A stretch of DNA of 64,000 bases from an uncultured Acidobacteriaceae bacterium. GTDB lineage: Bacteria > Acidobacteriota > Terriglobia > Terriglobales > Acidobacteriaceae. Of this stretch, positions 53,373 through 64,000 are shown piece by piece. The notes beneath the pieces are model-generated. The model made no database searches. It was not told the DNA's origin and was given only the letters and a program-made list of their open reading frames with translations. The translations under genes and the position numbers were made by a program. The DNA is taken from the NCBI GenBank assembly GCA_963772195.1, contig CAVYWE010000006.1:39785-103784 (forward strand), in the 5' to 3' direction. Positions within the stretch are counted from its first letter, which is position 1. Every line of letters starts with the position of its first letter.

Positions 53373-54818
53373 TCAACGCAGGTTCATGACGAGCAATTTT
53401 GGTTCCGTCATTTCCTGAATCGCGTCGCGCAAGCCCTCGCGGCCAAGTCCGGAATCTTTCACGCCGCCGTACGGCATGTGGTCGATGCGGAAAGTGGGAA
53501 CGTCGCCCGCGATCAAGCCTCCAACTTCGAGTTCGTCATAGGCCTGAAAGATGAGTTTGGCGTCGCGGGTGAAAAGTCCGGCCTGCAGACCGTATGCGGA
53601 ATTGTTGAGCTGTTTCAGCGCGGACGCGAAATCGTTGTAGGGCTCGACGGTCACGACCGGCGCAAAAATTTCCTGGCAATTCACTTTCATGTTGGGCTTG
53701 GTGCCGGTAAGCACGGTCGGCTCGAACAGGGAGCCTTTGCGATTCCCGCCGCAGAGCAGGCGTGCACCACCACGAACCGCCTCCTGCACCCAGTCGGCGG
53801 CGCGGATGGCATCGCTCTCGCGAATGAGCGGGCCGAGGTCACTCGACTCGTCGAGCGGATCTCCGACTTTAAGTTTGCTGGCTCCCGCCAGCAACAGTTC
53901 GGTGAACTTTCCGTAGATGGAGTGCTCGACCAGAATGCGCTGCACGGAAATGCAGGACTGTCCGGCGTAAGCAAAACCTCCGGTGACGCAGCGGTCGGCG
54001 GCGTAAGCGAGGTCCGTATCGCTGTGGACGATGACGCCCGAATTTCCTCCCAGTTCGAGAACGACTTTTTTCTTCCCCGCGTTGTTCTTGATGGCCCAGC
54101 CGACGGCGGCGCTGCCCGTGAAGCTGATGAGCCTGATGCGTTCATCGCTGACGAGCAGGCCCGAATCTTCGTTGGAGAGCAAAACCGCATTGAATCCGCC
54201 ATCCGGCCATCCCGCTTGCTGGATAACTTCTGCCAAGAGAAGCGCGGTGAGCGGCGTCTTGGGAGCGGGCTTGAGCACCATGGAACAGCCCGCGGCGATG
54301 GCCGGGGCCACTTTGTGGGCGACCAGGTTCAAAGGGAAATTAAAGGGCGTGATGCCGGCGATGGGGCCGAGGGGAAAACGTTTGACGATACCCCAACGCC
54401 CGGCAGTCGACTGCTGCCAATCCAGCGGCAAATATTCGCCGTAGCCGCGAACCGTCTCTTCGGCGGCGATATTGAAAATAAAGACAGCGCGGTCAACTTC
54501 GGTGCGAGCGCTCTTGATTGGCTTGCCTGCTTCCAGCGCAATCGTGCGGGAAAATTCTTCTTTGCGATCGTGAATGCCGGTCGCAATCTGGCGCAGAACT
54601 CGCTGGCGTTCGAAGGCGGGCAGTCGCCGCGTGGTTCCGAAGGCCTTGACGGCGGCGGCAATGGCGGCGTCTGCGTGTTCGCGGCGTCCCTGATACACGT
54701 GCGCGATGAGGGCGCCGTCGTAAGGGGCGCGAACATCGACGATGTCCCCCTCTTCCAGCCACTTCCCGTCTAGGAAGAAACCATGGGTTGCAACTGGAAT
54801 CACCGTCATCTCGGCCAT
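53373..54818 (-). CDS. NAD(P)-dependent aldehyde dehydrogenase
   Basis: Catalytic Glu context VLELGGNSG and catalytic Cys context YAGQSCISVQR. 481 aa. Confidence 0.9.
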   Translation of the reverse strand: MAEMTVIPVATHGFFLDGKWLEEGDIVDVRAPYDGALIAHVYQGRREHADAAIAAAVKAFGTTRRLPAFERQRVLRQIATGIHDRKEEFSRTIALEAGKPIKSARTEVDRAVFIFNIAAEETVRGYGEYLPLDWQQSTAGRWGIVKRFPLGPIAGITPFNFPLNLVAHKVAPAIAAGCSMVLKPAPKTPLTALLLAEVIQQAGWPDGGFNAVLLSNEDSGLLVSDERIRLISFTGSAAVGWAIKNNAGKKKVVLELGGNSGVIVHSDTDLAYAADRCVTGGFAYAGQSCISVQRILVEHSIYGKFTELLLAGASKLKVGDPLDESSDLGPLIRESDAIRAADWVQEAVRGGARLLCGGNRKGSLFEPTVLTGTKPNMKVNCQEIFAPVVTVEPYNDFASALKQLNNSAYGLQAGLFTRDAKLIFQAYDELEVGGLIAGDVPTFRIDHMPYGGVKDSGLGREGLRDAIQEMTEPKLLVMNLR

Positions 54819-54942
54819 GCCTTACCTCTTTCGATCGCGCTCGTGATTCGCGTCTGACGATTCGCGCCTTGATCCGTCTCTGTCTTGATTCGCCTTTAAC
54901 GATTATAGAACTTCGCGAGGAGCGCGTTGTCGGTTCGTATCA

Positions 54943-54997
54943 GGGCATGCCTTCAGGCATGCCGCAAGTGCCGTCACGAGAGCGCCTTCAGGCGCTG
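54943..54997. repeat. GC-rich TTCA-loop hairpins
   Basis: ggcatgcc ttca ggcatgcc and agcgcc ttca ggcgct. Two stem-loops 17 nt apart. Confidence 0.6.
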
Positions 54998-55029
54998 CGC
55001 TTGTTGAGTGGAGTGCCGCGCCACAAAAA

Positions 55030-55437
55030 TTATTTGCCAGTTTGCGGTTTGAAGCGCTCGTCGACCTCCACCTGATATCCGGCGACCAGCCGATTAGTTT
55101 CGTTCGCCATGCCAACCACGGACATCAACTCTTTGAACTGCGCGTCGGTCATGCCTTTATTTATCGCCGAGGCGGTGTGCGAAGCGATGCAGTATTCACA
55201 CTGGTTCGTGACCGAGACGGCGACATAGATCATTTCTTTGGTGAGCGGGTCGAGCGCTCCAGGAGCCATGATCTGCTTGATGTCTTCCCAAGTCCGCTTG
55301 AGCATGACCGGATCGTGCGCGATTGCCTTCCAGAAATTGTTGATCCAGTCGGTCTTGCGCGTGGCCATGATGTCGTCGTAGATGGCGCGGACTTCGGCGC
55401 TGGCGTCGTCGTATTCGATTAGGCCAAAGATAGACAT
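55030..55437 (-). CDS. carboxymuconolactone decarboxylase (AhpD-like) family protein
   Basis: CMD-domain motif VAVSVTNQCEYCIASHT. Confidence 0.85.
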   Translation of the reverse strand: MSIFGLIEYDDASAEVRAIYDDIMATRKTDWINNFWKAIAHDPVMLKRTWEDIKQIMAPGALDPLTKEMIYVAVSVTNQCEYCIASHTASAINKGMTDAQFKELMSVVGMANETNRLVAGYQVEVDERFKPQTGK

Positions 55438-55456
55438 TCGATTCTCCGGGAAAAAG

Positions 55457-55533
55457 GGTTTCAGGTGTCAGGTCTCAGGTGTCAGGAAAACCAAAGACGG
55501 CTCCTTTGTTCCTGACACGCGGGACCTGAGACC
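55457..55533. repeat. intercistronic long hairpin built from 7-nt units (TNTCAGG type)
   Basis: ggtttcaggtgtcaggtctcaggtgtcagg / loop / cctgacacgcgggacctgagacc. Lies between the FAD-oxidoreductase stop and the CMD-gene start. Confidence 0.75.
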
Positions 55534-55541
55534 AGCTTCTC

Positions 55542-56834
55542 TCACGATACCCAGTCTAGAACTTTGTAGTACGCCCCGGCGAACGGCAGAAACCATGGCT
55601 TGCCGTTATACAGCCCGAGCGGCGCGCCGGGGAATGAAATCTCCGTGAATGGGTTATCGGTCTTCCCCCCCGCGATCCACTCCGCCATCTTCAGCCCCTG
55701 CCAGCTCGCCATGGCAACGCCGTGTCCGGCGTATCCGAGCGCGAAATAGATGCCGTCGATCTGTCCCGCGTGCGGCATGATGTCGAAGCAGAAATCGAGC
55801 GTACCGCCCCAAACGTATTCGACTCTGGTATCGCGTAGTTGTGGATAGACGTCGATCATTCCCAGACGTAAAATTTCGGCACTCTTGCGGATAGTCTGAT
55901 CGGTCTCTGGGAAGAACGCGGCGCGCCCGCCGAACAACATGCGGTGGTCGGGGGTGAGGCGATAGTAATAAAGATAGTTCTTGGAATCGTAGATCTGACG
56001 ATTGCGCGGGCTCAATTCTCGAGCCAGCGCTTCGGGAAGAACTTCGGTGGTAATGATAAACGACCCGATAGGAATAATTTTCTTCCGCAGCGCGGGAGTG
56101 GCCGCGCCGGTGTAGCCGCTGGTTCCGACCAGCACATTGCGTGCCCACATCGCGCCACGAGAACTGTTAAGCCTGAAACCCGGCGCACCGTCCCGTGATT
56201 CGCGCTGGATGTTCTGCAGCCGCGTGCGTTCGCAGATCTGAGCGCCGGCGCGCATGGCGGCAGCGCCAAGTCCGGCAACGTAGCGCGCGGGATTGAGGCT
56301 TGCTGAGATTTCGTCGACTATGCCGCCATAATAAATGTCGGAACCGATTTCGCCGCGGAGTTGGTCGCGGGGCACGACGCGCAACTGGTGGTTGAATTCG
56401 CGGGAGATCACTTCAACCTGGCGGGCGTAGTCATCGAAATGGGCCTGCTTGCAAGCGACTTCGAGATGCCCGGTGCGGACGAAATCGCAGGCAATGCTTT
56501 CTTCTTTCACGACGCGCTCGACCGCGTCGATGGTCTCAAGCGAAGCGGCATACATGCGTCGCGTCAGCTCGCGGCCATACTTCGAGATGAGTTGGTTGAC
56601 GCCGAGCTTCAGTCCAGTGAGCACCATGCCGCCGTTGCGCGAACTCGCACCCCATCCGATGGTTTCCGATTCGAGCACGACGACTTTCGCACCACGTTTG
56701 GCGAGTGAGAGCGCCGCGGAGAGTCCCGTGAATCCAGCGCCGATGATGGCAACGTCAGCGCTTTCCGGCAAGGGCTGCGCGGGTGGAGAGGGCATCTGGA
56801 CGGTGGTGAGCCAGTAGTTGAGTTCCTGGGGCAT
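55542..56834 (-). CDS. FAD-dependent oxidoreductase (DAO family, PuuB/OrdL-like amine oxidase)
   Basis: ADVAIIGAGFTGLSAALSLAKRGAKVVVLE dinucleotide fold, then IGWGASSRNGG. Start set to ATG 56834. The track start at 56978 reads through a repeat. Confidence 0.85.
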   Translation of the reverse strand: MPQELNYWLTTVQMPSPPAQPLPESADVAIIGAGFTGLSAALSLAKRGAKVVVLESETIGWGASSRNGGMVLTGLKLGVNQLISKYGRELTRRMYAASLETIDAVERVVKEESIACDFVRTGHLEVACKQAHFDDYARQVEVISREFNHQLRVVPRDQLRGEIGSDIYYGGIVDEISASLNPARYVAGLGAAAMRAGAQICERTRLQNIQRESRDGAPGFRLNSSRGAMWARNVLVGTSGYTGAATPALRKKIIPIGSFIITTEVLPEALARELSPRNRQIYDSKNYLYYYRLTPDHRMLFGGRAAFFPETDQTIRKSAEILRLGMIDVYPQLRDTRVEYVWGGTLDFCFDIMPHAGQIDGIYFALGYAGHGVAMASWQGLKMAEWIAGGKTDNPFTEISFPGAPLGLYNGKPWFLPFAGAYYKVLDWVS

Positions 56835-56846
56835 GTCGTTTGCAAG

Positions 56847-56961
56847 AACCTTGACCACAGGGAGCACAGGGGTACACAGGGGTACACAAGGGAACACAGA
56901 GGAATTCCTAGGTGTCCTCTGTGCGCCTCTGTGTTCCTCTGCGTCCCCTGTGGTTAGGGTT
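56847..56961. repeat. intercistronic long hairpin built from ~10-nt units (CACAGGGGTA type)
   Basis: ccacagggagcacaggggtacacaggggtacacaagggaacacagagg pairs with cctctgtgcgcctctgtgttcctctgcgtcccctgtgg around a gaattcctagg centre. Confidence 0.8.
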
Positions 56962-57010
56962 CTTTTCCGCGCGGCCATGATAAATGATTCGGTTGCTAAT
57001 CGTGCCGCGG

Positions 57011-58189
57011 CTACAGCACTGCTGTTTCGTGAATCATCCGCCCCTCAGCAAAGCGCGAGAAGTTCAGCAACGATGCGTCGATCAGATCGGTCTTCCCGGT
57101 CAGAATCAGGTCGCTAAGAATTTTTCCGGTTGCGGGCGCGTGCATCACGCCGTGTCCGCTGAAGCCGTTGGCAAAGAAGAAGCCGGGGACTTCGGAAGAT
57201 TCGCCGAGAATCGGGTGATGGTCCGGCGTCATTTCATAGAGTCCGGCCCAAGCTCGCTTGGGATTAATCGCAACATTTTCGAAGACGGGCACGCGATCCG
57301 CGGCGCGGGTCAGGATCTTCTCGATGAAGCTCGCATCGAAATCAGTTTTGTAGCCGGGCGTTTCTTCAGGATCGTTCCAGGCCAGCAGGAATCCGCGGCC
57401 CTCGGGGCGGAAGTGGAAGCCGGTGGACATGTCGATGATCATGGGCGCGGTATGCGGAAATTGGTCAAACGGTTCCGTCGGAACCAGCATGCGGCGCAAA
57501 GGTTCGACGGGGAGATCGATACCAACCATCTTCGCAATCGGCGCCGCCCACGCTCCAGCGCAGTTGACGACCGTGCGCGTGGAAACCGTGTCGCGCGTGG
57601 TCGCAACTTCGAAGGTCGCATCGTCATGAGTAGCATTGCCAGTAACGTTGCGCGTGATTCCAGTGACGCTCGCGTTCTTCCAGAACGCGGCACCGTGATC
57701 GCTGGCCCAGGTCATGAATCCGATCATGGCGCTGTAGGGATCGACGAAGCCGTCGGTGGAGCAGAAACTGCCGCCCACGATGTCATCGCCGCGGAGTTGC
57801 GGGAACTGGCTGCGGATTTCGTCGCCGGCAACAAGGCGCACGTTCTTCAATCCCATGGCAACCTGCTTTTCGTAGTTGGCACGCAGATAGGCCATGTGCT
57901 CTTCGTTGGTCGCGCAAAAAAGGTAACCCTGGGGACGGTAGTCGCACGGGTAGCCTAGACGTTCTTCGAAGCTCGCATAGAACGGGATCGAGTAAAGCGA
58001 CATCTGGATGTTGACCGGCGTAGAAAACTGGGCACGTACGCCACCCATGCTCTTGCCCGTGGATCCCTTGCCCTGCGCGGTCTCGCGCTCAATTACGAGA
58101 ACGTTCTTGCAGCCGGCAGCGACGAGGTGGTAGGCGATGCTGGAGCCGACAATCCCTCCGCCGATGAGAACGACGTCTGCGGTGTGCAT
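57011..58189 (-). CDS. FAD-dependent oxidoreductase (DAO family, sarcosine-oxidase-beta-like)
   Basis: ADVVLIGGGIVGSSIAYHL dinucleotide fold and C-terminal GFSGHGVMHAPATG. ATG 58189 is preferred (the track start 58237 overlaps the upstream gene). Confidence 0.85.
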   Translation of the reverse strand: MHTADVVLIGGGIVGSSIAYHLVAAGCKNVLVIERETAQGKGSTGKSMGGVRAQFSTPVNIQMSLYSIPFYASFEERLGYPCDYRPQGYLFCATNEEHMAYLRANYEKQVAMGLKNVRLVAGDEIRSQFPQLRGDDIVGGSFCSTDGFVDPYSAMIGFMTWASDHGAAFWKNASVTGITRNVTGNATHDDATFEVATTRDTVSTRTVVNCAGAWAAPIAKMVGIDLPVEPLRRMLVPTEPFDQFPHTAPMIIDMSTGFHFRPEGRGFLLAWNDPEETPGYKTDFDASFIEKILTRAADRVPVFENVAINPKRAWAGLYEMTPDHHPILGESSEVPGFFFANGFSGHGVMHAPATGKILSDLILTGKTDLIDASLLNFSRFAEGRMIHETAVL

Positions 58190-58205
58190 TGGGCTTCGTG
58201 GCGCG

Positions 58206-58985
58206 TCAGGAAAATGCCGCAGTGAAGCCAACGCCAATTAGCACCACCACCGCGAACCAGCCGAACACCACGGCAAATGCCGTACCGGTTTTGACTTTGC
58301 TGATGCAAGTAATCCCGATCGCGGTCAAGACCATGGTCCAGATAGCAAACACGTCAAACGGCGACAATAGGCTGTACAGAACTGGATTCGCAGCCGGATC
58401 GACGAAGTACCCGGGATTGGTGGCAACGGGATTCTGAAATGTGAAGGCGTCGCCGGCAACTCCGGCCACAAGCGACACGATCGCCAGGATCGCTTTCAAA
58501 ATGCCAGGCAGACTTGAATAGATGACCAGAGCAAAGACCGTTTTAAATTTCACGTCGGCGCTCATGCCAAACTTTAGCGTTGCGAGCAGGACCGCTGCCA
58601 CGATGACGTACCAGAGCAAAATCAAAAGAAAGAACCCGTACGAGATTGCCTTAGTGACGACGGTCCGCCCCTGCATGTTTTTCTCGCGCTGATCGGCCGG
58701 CAGCCGCTCGACCTGATCGGCCTGCTTGGGCTGAGCTCGAAGCTGATTCTCCGCGATCTTGCGAAAACCAATTTTCTGGTCGGCCACGTACACAAAAGCA
58801 AGGGAAACGATGGCGGAGATCAGAAATGGCGCCCACCAACTGGCGTTTCTCCGGAGGTCAGTAAATGTCTTGCTGGGCGCGAAGAAAACATTGATCAGGC
58901 GCTGCCCTTCTGACAGGGGCGCTGGTCCCTGAGTTAGCGGCAGAGGCTGCGATGGCTGCGATGGTACGGAAGGATTGGTGGCCAT
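58206..58985 (-). CDS. Yip1-family membrane protein
   Basis: Pro/Ser-rich N-terminus, then five TM helices. INVFFAPSKTFTDLRRNASWWAPFLI resembles the Yip1/DUF1282 N-terminal block. Confidence 0.65.
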   Translation of the reverse strand: MATNPSVPSQPSQPLPLTQGPAPLSEGQRLINVFFAPSKTFTDLRRNASWWAPFLISAIVSLAFVYVADQKIGFRKIAENQLRAQPKQADQVERLPADQREKNMQGRTVVTKAISYGFFLLILLWYVIVAAVLLATLKFGMSADVKFKTVFALVIYSSLPGILKAILAIVSLVAGVAGDAFTFQNPVATNPGYFVDPAANPVLYSLLSPFDVFAIWTMVLTAIGITCISKVKTGTAFAVVFGWFAVVVLIGVGFTAAFS

Positions 58986-59056
58986 ATCTTCTCCCTGAAC
59001 AGGAGGAGATTGTAGTTTCCTTCCAGCGGAAGAACAACAGGAAGCAACAAAAATAC

Positions 59057-59897
<841 letters not shown>

Positions 59898-59908
<11 letters not shown>

Positions 59909-60743
59909 TCATCGGCACAGCCGCCAGCGCCGCGACCATGCCGATGGTCCGGGCGCGGCTGAAGTGCTCGTGTAGAAAAATGCGAGCAAGCAAAACGGTG
60001 ACGGCGGGATAGAGCGAACTGAGCACGACCGCATCGTCCAAACGTCCGATTTGAGCGGCGCGGATGAAGACGGCGCTGCCGGTGATGTCGAGGATTCCGG
60101 CAACCATGGCAATTCCCAGCACCGGCGCGGGCACCGTGCGCAGGTATCTTCCGAATAAAACGATAGCTGCCGTGACCAACAGCGCACCGACGCGCGAGCA
60201 GGCCGAGGCCCACAATGCCGAGGCGTTGCCCGCCTGGTGAATGCAAAGATAAAAACCAGCAAAGCCGATTCCGGCCAGCACAGCCATGCCCAAACCTTCG
60301 GGACGCCCAGTATCACCTTCGACGCGTGAGATGAGCCAGACACCGATTCCAGCGACAACAAAACCGAGCGCGTGCCGATAGCCCGGAAAGCCCTCCGTAA
60401 AAGCGGTTACGATGGTTGGTATCGCGGCGCCCACAACGGCAGCCACGGGCGCGACCAGTCCCATATTTCCGCTGGCCAATGAACGATAGAATAAAGCCAA
60501 AGCCATGCCCCCGACCGACCCGGCGATCAGCGACCAAACCAGGCTGGCGTTTCCCGGAAATGGCGCGTGGGTTATCAGCGCAAGCGTGCCCATCAGGGCC
60601 AGGCCGCTGATGTGCACGATGGCGGTGAACAGAAACGCGTTCGCGCGGCGTGCGCCCACTCCACCCAGGAAATCACTCGCTCCCCAGACACCGACTGCGG
60701 TCAGGCTATAAGCAGCAGGAATGTATTGGGCTGCGACGGACAT
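59898..60743 (-). CDS. EamA/DMT-family transporter
   Basis: 281 aa with 10 predicted TM helices and the internal two-fold EamA pattern. Confidence 0.8.
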
Positions 60744-60780
60744 GGGAGTTTGAGATTAGCACGCAGTGAGCGCGTTACAC

Positions 60781-60808
60781 GTGAGGACAGCCGAGCGCAG
60801 CTCGGCAG
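60781..60808. repeat. GC-rich hairpin repeat (GTGAGGAC variant)
   Basis: gtgaggaca gccgagc gca gctcggc, immediately after the aconitase stop. Confidence 0.6.
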
Positions 60809-63619
60809 TTACGCGGAAACCGCCTCCGGTTGCGCTTTCCCCGCCAGCAATTGCCGCAGCACGTACTGGAGTATGCCTCCGTTGGCATAATAGAGAGCTT
60901 CCTGTGGGGTGTCGATGCGAACCACCGCCTGAAATTCCTTCCCGCCCTTCACGCGCACAGTAATTTTGCGGCCGGAAGAGAATTTCTCCACAACATCGCG
61001 AATCCCCGCAATCTCGAACACTTCTTCGCCAGTCAGCTTCAGCGTCTCGGCATTTTCTCCCGGCAGAAACTGCAGTGGCAGAATGCCCATGCCGACGAGG
61101 TTGGAGCGGTGAATGCGTTCGTAGCTTTCCGCAATCACAGCGCGGACGCCAAGCAGGCGGGGTCCCTTGGCCGCCCAGTCACGCGAGGATCCGGAGCCGT
61201 ATTCCTTGCCCGCCAGAATCACGAGCGGCACTTTTTCGGCATTGTACTTTTCGGACGCATCGAAGATCGACATCTCGGTGCCATCGGGCAGGTGGCGGGT
61301 GAATCCGCCTTCGGTGTTCACCATTTTATTGCGCAAGCGGACGTTCGCGAACGTGCCGCGCACCATGACTTCGTGATTGCCGCGACGCGATCCGTAGGAA
61401 TTGAAATCCGCCGGTTGCACGCCGTGGGCAATCAGGTATTTGCCGGCGGGTCCATCTCTTTTAATCGATCCCGCGGGAGAAATGTGGTCGGTGGTGACGC
61501 TGTCGCCGAGCACGGCCAGCACGCGCGCGCCCTTGATGTCCTCTATGGCAGACGGTTTGAGCGCCATGTCATCGAAGTAAGGCGCCTGCCGAATGTAGGT
61601 GGAATTATTTTCCCACGCGTAAGTCTCACCCTTCGGAACGGGCAGCCCGCGCCAGCGCTCGTCTCCCGAGTACACCTGGGCATAGCTCTTGCGGAACATC
61701 TCGGATGTGATCGCGCTCGCCATCGCCTGTTCGACTTCCTGCTGCGAGGGCCAGATGTCGGCGAGGTAGACGGGCTTGCCGTCTTTGCCTTTTCCAACGG
61801 GATCTTTGCGAAGGTCAACATCGATGCGCCCGGCAAGAGCGAAGGCCACCACCAGCGGCGGCGACATCAGATAGTTGGCGCGAACTTCAGAATTGATACG
61901 GCCCTCAAAGTTGCGATTGCCCGAGAGCACAGAGACGACAACCAGATTTTTCTCGTCGATTTCTTTCGAGACTTCAACCGGCAGTGGGCCGGAGTTTCCG
62001 ATGCACGTGGTGCAGCCGTAGCCGACGATATGGAACTTCAGCTTCTCCAAATACGGCATCAGGCCGGCCTTTTCGAGATAATCGAGGACGACTTTCGATC
62101 CAGGAGCGAGCGAAGTCTTGACCGTAGCGGGGACTTCGAGACCGCGATCCACCGCCCTCTTTGCCAGCAGTCCCGCGGCCAGCATCACGGATGGGTTTGA
62201 TGTGTTCGTGCAACTGGTGATTGCCGCAATCACCACACTGCCGTGCTGCAGCGCAACATTGCCATTCGTCGGAATGTGTTCGCGGACGTTCGGATCCTCG
62301 ACCCCAACGGCCGTCGGACTTCCACCCTCCTGTTCCCAGCGACTGACTTGCTTGAGTTCGTTCTGCTTCGCGGCGACGGCGGCGTCGGACGGAGCCGCAG
62401 CAGCGGCCTTCGGCTTGATCAAGGATGGCAGCGCCTGCGCAAACGACTCGCGTGCCTGCGACAGCACGACTCGGTCCTGCGGGCGCTTCGGTCCGGCGAG
62501 ACTTGATTCGACGGTAGCAAGATCAAGACTCAGCAGCTCGGAGTATTCGGCCTCGGGCGTGTCGGCATCATGAAAAAGTCCTTGCTCGCGGGCGTAAGCC
62601 TCGACCAGCGCGATCTGCTCGTCACTGCGGCCGGTGAGTTTCAGATAGCGCAGGCTTTCTTTGTCAATCGGGAAGATGCCGCAGGTGGCGCCGTACTCGG
62701 GAGCCATGTTCGCAATTGTCGCGCGATCGGCGAGTGGCAGGTCCTGCAGTCCGGGGCCAAAGTACTCGACGAACTTGCCGACCACTCCGTGCTTGCGCAG
62801 CATCTCGGTGATGGTAAGAACAAGGTCGGTTGCCGTGGCACCTTCACGCAGGCGTCCGGTAAGCTTCACGCCGACCACGAGCGGGATCAGCATGGAGACG
62901 GGTTGTCCGAGCATAGCGGCCTCGGCTTCGATGCCGCCCACGCCCCAGCCCAGCACGCCCAGTCCGTTGACCATGGTGGTGTGCGAGTCGGTGCCGACGA
63001 GCGTGTCGGGATAGGCGATGCGCTTTCCGCCTTCTTCATGTACGAAAACCACGCGCGCGAGGTACTCGAGATTGACCTGGTGGACGATGCCGGTATCCGG
63101 CGGCACGATGGCGAGATTGCGGAAACCGGTCTGTCCCCAGCGCAGAAACGCGTAGCGTTCTTTGTTGCGTTGGAACTCAAGCAGCGCGTTCACATCAAAC
63201 GCTTTGGACGAACCGAATTCGTCCACCTGCACCGAGTGGTCAATGACCAGTTCGGCGGGCTGCAGCGGATTGATGAGTTTAGGGTCGCCGCCCAGGCGCT
63301 TCATGGCGTCGCGCATGGCGGCAAGATCCACAACCGCGGGGACGCCAGTGAAATCCTGCAGCAGCACGCGGCTGGGCGTGAAAGCGATTTCTTTTTCCGG
63401 CTTCGAATTCTTGTTCCACGCCGCGAGTGCGCGAATCTCCTCCTTAGTCACGTTGCGCCCGTCTTCGGTGCGCAGCAGGTTCTCCAGCAGAATGCGCAGC
63501 GAAAACGGTAAGTGCCGGGTAGATATGCCTTGCTTGTCGAGAGCGTCGAGACGGTAGAGTTCGTATTCTTTGTTGCCGACTTTGAAAGTTGCGCGGGCGC
63601 CAAAACTATTCGATGACAT
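60809..63619 (-). CDS. acnA: aconitate hydratase A
   Basis: 936 aa. Fe-S ligand contexts ([24 protein letters not shown]), DSHTTM, and [10 protein letters not shown] in the swivel domain. Confidence 0.95.
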   Translation of the reverse strand: MSSNSFGARATFKVGNKEYELYRLDALDKQGISTRHLPFSLRILLENLLRTEDGRNVTKEEIRALAAWNKNSKPEKEIAFTPSRVLLQDFTGVPAVVDLAAMRDAMKRLGGDPKLINPLQPAELVIDHSVQVDEFGSSKAFDVNALLEFQRNKERYAFLRWGQTGFRNLAIVPPDTGIVHQVNLEYLARVVFVHEEGGKRIAYPDTLVGTDSHTTMVNGLGVLGWGVGGIEAEAAMLGQPVSMLIPLVVGVKLTGRLREGATATDLVLTITEMLRKHGVVGKFVEYFGPGLQDLPLADRATIANMAPEYGATCGIFPIDKESLRYLKLTGRSDEQIALVEAYAREQGLFHDADTPEAEYSELLSLDLATVESSLAGPKRPQDRVVLSQARESFAQALPSLIKPKAAAAAPSDAAVAAKQNELKQVSRWEQEGGSPTAVGVEDPNVREHIPTNGNVALQHGSVVIAAITSCTNTSNPSVMLAAGLLAKRAVDRGLEVPATVKTSLAPGSKVVLDYLEKAGLMPYLEKLKFHIVGYGCTTCIGNSGPLPVEVSKEIDEKNLVVVSVLSGNRNFEGRINSEVRANYLMSPPLVVAFALAGRIDVDLRKDPVGKGKDGKPVYLADIWPSQQEVEQAMASAITSEMFRKSYAQVYSGDERWRGLPVPKGETYAWENNSTYIRQAPYFDDMALKPSAIEDIKGARVLAVLGDSVTTDHISPAGSIKRDGPAGKYLIAHGVQPADFNSYGSRRGNHEVMVRGTFANVRLRNKMVNTEGGFTRHLPDGTEMSIFDASEKYNAEKVPLVILAGKEYGSGSSRDWAAKGPRLLGVRAVIAESYERIHRSNLVGMGILPLQFLPGENAETLKLTGEEVFEIAGIRDVVEKFSSGRKITVRVKGGKEFQAVVRIDTPQEALYYANGGILQYVLRQLLAGKAQPEAVSA

Positions 63620-63707
63620 GATGGCCTTCCTTCAGCAGGTCCGGCACAGGACCGGAACTCAAATGAGGACTCGGAACTATATAGTGTAATCGTTTCGTGG
63701 GCTCATG

Positions 63708-63731
63708 GAGGGACGGGCGTCCCGCCCGTCC
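63708..63731. repeat. GC-rich hairpin repeat (GGAGGGAC variant)
   Basis: ggagggacgggcg tcc cgcccgtcc. Same stem as the element at 36881. Confidence 0.6.
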
Positions 63732-63771
63732 ATGCCGAACGCCGCTCCGATTAAGTTAAAGTTAACCAGCC

Positions 63772-64000
63772 ATGAAGCAGACCCTAGGCCATGTCGCGCT
63801 GGTCGTGCACGAATACGATGAAGCGATCGCATTCTTCACTCGCACGCTTAACTTCAAGTTGATCGAAGATACTCGTCTAAGCGAAGAGAAGCGCTGGGTG
63901 CTGATCGCTCCGCCGGGTTCTCAAGGCACAAGCTTGCTTTTGGCCCGGGCAGCAACGCCCGAGCAAGCAAGTCGTATCGGCAATCAGACCGGTGGACGAG
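63772..64000 (+). CDS. VOC-family (glyoxalase/bleomycin-resistance fold) protein, 5' part
   Basis: LGHVALVVHEYDEAIAFFTRTLNFKLIED is the VOC beta-alpha-beta-beta-beta start. The ORF continues past the window end. Confidence 0.75.
   Translation, partial: MKQTLGHVALVVHEYDEAIAFFTRTLNFKLIEDTRLSEEKRWVLIAPPGSQGTSLLLARAATPEQASRIGNQTGGR

Overview
64-kb chromosomal segment, mostly about 60% G+C by eye, with dense co-directional operons. Gene content and the intergenic repeats suggest an Acidobacteriota-type soil bacterium. That is an inference from remembered family motifs; no search was run. All protein calls rest on motifs read in the supplied translations.

Left to right:
- a low-GC mobile patch (IS1-like transposase plus two coupled small ORFs)
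- a YfgM-like TPR protein, a class-V aminotransferase and a GH5 glycosidase
- a PilZ/coiled-coil protein
- a fluoride riboswitch-crcB-DUF190 operon
- two VapC toxin-antitoxin pairs
- yceD-rpmF-plsX-fabD
- a cheY-cheX-flg locus with several inactivating lesions
- proline dehydrogenase, a GNAT, a GT39 transferase, DUF503-rbfA-nrnA and cspA
- a 1138-aa NHL-repeat surface protein, preceded by a small secreted protein whose leader holds an 8.5-copy 21-bp tandem array
- a roughly 590-bp silent region
- a YdiJ-like FAD/Fe-S oxidase
- a 13-gene alternative-complex-III / SCO / caa3 oxidase cluster
- an aldehyde/amine oxidation cluster, an orphan ABC ATPase, an EamA transporter and aconitase

No rRNA, tRNA or CRISPR was seen.

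Most unusual signals:
1. Eight long intercistronic hairpins whose arms are tandem 7-nt (or about 10-nt) units. Each sits between a stop codon and the next co-directional start.
2. The 21-bp tandem array and the unexplained non-coding region next to it.
3. A flagellar locus that appears to be decaying (amber codon in flgG, truncated flgI with an inverted flgJ scrap, flgN-flgL deletion junction without flgK) while its sigma-28 promoters remain near consensus.
4. A second family of short GC-rich hairpins with a conserved GTRGRGAC lead.

Several track ORFs have false N-terminal extensions that read through a riboswitch or through repeats.
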